Of a stretch of 64,000 nt of DNA, positions 61,101 through 64,000 are shown piece after piece. The stretch lies in NCBI GenBank assembly GCA_048938855.1, contig JBHLLT010000011.1:42400-106399 (forward strand), in the 5' to 3' direction. The translations under genes were made by a program, and so were the position numbers. The stretch is from Promethearchaeota archaeon. GTDB taxonomy: Archaea; Asgardarchaeota; Lokiarchaeia; Sigyniarchaeales; SOKP01. The notes beneath the pieces were generated by a model. That model saw nothing but the letters and a program-made list of their open reading frames with translations, did not search any database and was not told the origin of the DNA. Position 1 is the stretch's first letter, and each line of letters opens with the position of its first letter.

Positions 61101-62670
61101 AGATAATTTACTACTTGGATCTGCTCAAACCATCTCAGGTCAAGCTCAAATTATATATTCAACGGTTTATAGTACAACTGCAGGTCCGCACTTGATTTAT
61201 GCCACCTGGAATAATAAATATAATTATTCATATTTTATTTTAAATGCCCCAATCAATGTAAATCTTGATATATGCCCACAACCTAAAGAAGTAAATCGTA
61301 GTGGAATAGATGGTAGAAATTTCTTAATTCATGGTTATCTTAATGATTCACTAAACGGAAATCCTATTAAATTCGCTGAAATTAATGTTTTTATGTATGA
61401 TGGACCAACAGATGTCTCTTTTTATTTAAATTTAGAATCGGGAGCTCTACAACTTGGGTATTCTGGAGAAATTAATCTCATTTATTCAGTTTTAAGTTCA
61501 ACTCCCGCAAAGAATTATACCTTACAAGTTAATTTTAATGGTTTATTTTTCTATACAAATCCCAATTATCCTCAATTTTTCAATTTATGGTATATTAATA
61601 ATTTTACAGATACGGCTCCTAGTTTATATGATTTAAGAGTCATTGATCCATATGATGTTGATATAAATTTTTTTGTTGATGGAAATCCAACCCAGTCATT
61701 TTATTCAGATATAAATCCCCCAGAGATATATAATCGTGGTGTTAATATTAATTTCAGTGTATATATTCTTCAAAGTGGGGTTCCAGTTAGTTCTGGTACA
61801 GTTTCATTTATGGATATTTATACAGGTACTCCACTAGGATCTACATCAGTAATTAGTGGACGGGCTTTTGTATTAGCTGATACTTCCGGTTGGCATGCGG
61901 GACTCCATCGAATAAGAGCTCAATGGTCTGGATCTGGTACAATAAATATGACTTATATAGTAATCAATGAATATGTTAATATTTTTAGTAATATAGATCG
62001 AACTTCAATTTTAAGAAATGTTGATAATTTCATTGTTTCTGGTTCAGTTAGAGAAAGTGGTGAATTTCTAAGAGGTTTAAATCTAAATATTGTTTTATTA
62101 GATAATGCTTTCTCTGATGTTTCTGGTTTATATTTAAATGGTGCTCAAACATTAACAATTAATAATGATGGTACTTACCAATTTTTGAATGCAATTGATC
62201 TCTCTTGCCCACAAGGAGATTATTATATCAATATTACTTTTACTGGAGGTATAAACGCTCCAGGAATAGCTATGAGTGATTTTATGGTTCATAATAGTAG
62301 TTTATTAATCTCTATTGATATATTAGCAAGCACTTATATCGTAGGAAGTTATGAAACTAATGTTGTTAAAGATGATTGGTATTATGGTGATGAGTGTTAT
62401 GTATATGGGAATTTGTATTGGGATAACGGAACAGTAATGGCATTCATGGAAATTAATGTCACTATAAGAGATAGCACTGGTGTAATCTTAGCTACTCAAG
62501 TAGATTTTACTGATATCAACGGTTTTTTCAATTTAACGTTTATTGTCGGAGCTTGGGATGATGATACTGAAGTTTGGGTAAACTTCTATCCTAGTGATCC
62601 AGCTAATTTTGGTATCCCGGAGGGATTGTATATTATCGAAACAGAACAACAAGTGTTTAGACAGGTATAA
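58159..62670 (+). CDS. Large membrane-anchored surface protein: transglutaminase-like domain (catalytically degenerate) plus Ig-like repeats
   Basis: N-terminal TM; FDEYTGDGW; D.VDWF..TEQGLWSDFASAF..FARSFGI.SRFVDGF; YNWAEIY; WVQFD; repeated G...TD.NG.A...GPH beta modules; many NxS/T sequons. Confidence 0.85.
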   Translation: MSDFRDEILGTGINKKRIIGVALIAILLIGIFAFSMTFFSFLFGTQRPDPSKEKDETPWEDVDLVETPYPFDEDFWQDLLDQVDDPSTLLDMLSEMFDGNIDNLDLGNFSQGLLDLLASGAGEIEVFRVFNDTAPFSMDINKMSDVLWKYECFDEYTGDGWTSNAVGDLYDFYSLGDYLANYFPNPELLKIKMPLSPNMGANSMTIPTLFPRPFVIENLVSAPNLDPTSPELFKDDYNSTTLNLLFTSNNDVNMTFDTFGLYNYLPSNDYLNTTCTLVTNPTPEYLSLQNKYLQLPPSIAVYKANNPYFSSHFDVLNSIIKPNDPAFWAANKIRNYLQTQFSFPLNPADFNPAPDGRDVVDWFCETEQGLWSDFASAFCAFARSFGIISRFVDGFNSLMIEDVWDDDLGQWGFAIKYKNLYNWAEIYVPTDIYGNGKWVQFDIFDSYGGGGSPIIGGNYNISVSTDQTTYNRPDTATISAIVSSSTNPINNLTITFRDYTTGRVLGQDDTDLSGFASIQADYNDSEIVGPHLIEARYDFFNAGYNLTTILGNIAVDLTGVNPGELNISDSQPDITNIGGLVYDPKNGKGVEGPKLNIRLFRKGTNNEISNPFTPSAINATYNGNFNDFLDLNYNNAGNYEVRADINGTWWIDTPFGTYSYSLLSLLFQVPYYYMTNSSNRLDFNITKALDVWFYIDGLPSNYPNLPPNYVSVSRSHTLNLTAQVVSVNLGPVSNKRVDFYDYSRGDILIGSDISDANGYASISYPVLDFSATGPNLLYARIGLQENYSYYVLNEEPTINIISGPAPQVINRTGGGSTYFNVVGEIYDSTNNSLPISFSEIRLVLLRSGADYSSYLIPFDGYPYQTNSTGTFDLSFGVAPNTPPGNYTLRLDFNGTIDLSSYPYSFQFNLPFINTSIYFSNDLQIDAPATLQFNFWINGIPSNDPFNPVINRYDDLTLTALIQYSGVPIDDGEWVYFYDITQDNLLLGSAQTISGQAQIIYSTVYSTTAGPHLIYATWNNKYNYSYFILNAPINVNLDICPQPKEVNRSGIDGRNFLIHGYLNDSLNGNPIKFAEINVFMYDGPTDVSFYLNLESGALQLGYSGEINLIYSVLSSTPAKNYTLQVNFNGLFFYTNPNYPQFFNLWYINNFTDTAPSLYDLRVIDPYDVDINFFVDGNPTQSFYSDINPPEIYNRGVNINFSVYILQSGVPVSSGTVSFMDIYTGTPLGSTSVISGRAFVLADTSGWHAGLHRIRAQWSGSGTINMTYIVINEYVNIFSNIDRTSILRNVDNFIVSGSVRESGEFLRGLNLNIVLLDNAFSDVSGLYLNGAQTLTINNDGTYQFLNAIDLSCPQGDYYINITFTGGINAPGIAMSDFMVHNSSLLISIDILASTYIVGSYETNVVKDDWYYGDECYVYGNLYWDNGTVMAFMEINVTIRDSTGVILATQVDFTDINGFFNLTFIVGAWDDDTEVWVNFYPSDPANFGIPEGLYIIETEQQVFRQV

Positions 62671-62702
62671 AGACGTAAGAAAAAGGGTGAAAATAAAATA
62701 AA

Positions 62703-64000
62703 ATGAAAAAACTGAAGATTCCTAAAAGTTTAAACAAAAAATCGAAAAAAATTGGAATCTTAATCATTATTTTCACAATTATCCTTAACTTTGTTTCAAT
62801 TAATAACCTATTTTTTAACAAAAACACCGATATTACTAATCAAAACCCCAAAATATCAGGTTGGTTATGGGCAACATTAGACCTTACAAATCCTTTGGAA
62901 GTTAATAATTCACGGTTCACTCACAATGAGCTTATTTCTGTAAAGGGACACTTATATAATAAAATTGATAAAACAAATAAAACTGGAGTTAACGTTGCAA
63001 TTGAAATTGATGATGTCGTTGATATGGGTTATACAGATGTAACTGATTCATGGGGTAGATTTGATATTAATTATATTATTGATCCCTTAATGAATGTTTA
63101 TTCAAGTCATAAAATAGAAGTTACTGTAACAGACACAGAACCAGGAGGCCCTGGTAGTGAGATTGAATACCACCACTTTTATAATATTTATGTTAATGCT
63201 ACATCATATTTTGATATACTCTCGCATGATGACATTTCAACTCCAAAATTAACTGAAGAAGATTTCAATTTAAATGGTTACCTAAAATTTGATAATGGAA
63301 ATGGTATTTCATTTGTAAATGTTAATTATTATTGGCTCAATGGGCCTTCAATTGTCTCTCAAGGTTCTTTTTTTACTGGTGCAACAGGTTCACTACCAAA
63401 CATGCAGGTTCCTATTACAGTTGCAAGCCAATTGTCATTAAAATTTAATTTCTCTGATTCCCCAAATATTGATTACTCAGAAGCATTAATTACCAATATT
63501 AAAGTATTTTCAGATATAACTTGGAATTTAGATATTGACTATAATACTAGAGAAAGAGCTAGATATGAATTAACTGGTATATTATCATCTAGTACCGACC
63601 CCACATTAAAAATAAGTAATCGAGACGTTGAAGTCTATTTTAATGGAACTCATATTGCTACGGCTACAACAAGAGCAGATGGCAGCTTTACATCTAATTT
63701 TCAAGTTCCTGATGGTAATGGAACAGCGTCAATTCAAGTCAAATTAGTTGATTTTGCTGGAAAGGATTTAAGATCACCCATTCAATACATACTCGTGGAA
63801 CAAGCGCTTCCATCAAATAACGGATTAGGTGTTTTACCTCCTTTTTTGATTTTTTCTTTAATTTTCTTTCCACTTTTAGCAGGTGTAGTTGCAGGGTTAA
63901 TAGTATTTGGATATAAGTTCTATAAAAAACAAGAAAAAGAATCTCGAGTGGCTAATATACCGCTTGAGTCAAAATTTAAAAATCTCAAGATCCTTAAAGA
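62703..64000 (+). CDS. Surface protein with Ig-like domains and C-proximal TM, partial (runs off window end)
   Basis: Manually translated from ATG 62703: MKKLKIPKSL..IGILIIIFTIIL signal/TM, TDSWGRF and TRADGSF beta modules, TM LPPFLIFSLIFFPLLAGVVAGLIVFG. Confidence 0.8.
   Translation, partial: MKKLKIPKSLNKKSKKIGILIIIFTIILNFVSINNLFFNKNTDITNQNPKISGWLWATLDLTNPLEVNNSRFTHNELISVKGHLYNKIDKTNKTGVNVAIEIDDVVDMGYTDVTDSWGRFDINYIIDPLMNVYSSHKIEVTVTDTEPGGPGSEIEYHHFYNIYVNATSYFDILSHDDISTPKLTEEDFNLNGYLKFDNGNGISFVNVNYYWLNGPSIVSQGSFFTGATGSLPNMQVPITVASQLSLKFNFSDSPNIDYSEALITNIKVFSDITWNLDIDYNTRERARYELTGILSSSTDPTLKISNRDVEVYFNGTHIATATTRADGSFTSNFQVPDGNGTASIQVKLVDFAGKDLRSPIQYILVEQALPSNNGLGVLPPFLIFSLIFFPLLAGVVAGLIVFGYKFYKKQEKESRVANIPLESKFKNLKILK

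Overview
AT-rich archaeal chromosomal segment, most likely Asgard (Lokiarchaeia/Promethearchaeota). The assignment is inferred from roadblock, Rag-like and Rab-like GTPases, a longin/NPRL2-like protein and an EMC6-like protein alongside archaeal core genes. Core genes include trpB2, pyrI, rqcH, RNase P rnp3/rnp2, rpl15e, smc-scpA-scpB, valS, coaBC, top6B/top6A, pyrE, gins23 and mcm. Also present: an intron-containing tRNA-Ala(CGC), a glycyl radical enzyme, an orphan adenine methyltransferase, a MoxR-VWA-SWIM cluster and large surface proteins. No CRISPR array, rRNA or mobile element was recognised. Highlights found by reading the DNA: (1) a 15-codon Trp-rich leader ORF with mutually exclusive hairpins upstream of trpB2, resembling an attenuator; (2) a 1483-aa SMC with no recognisable hinge or zinc hook, an apex made of two helical repeats and arms built from about 90-98-aa modules, partnered by a kleisin with an N-terminal HeH/SAP-like domain; (3) an unannotated C/D-box sRNA whose guide fits the 23S P-loop G2251; (4) three core genes that seem to need ATA/ATT start codons. 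All family calls are from motif recognition by eye, not database searches.
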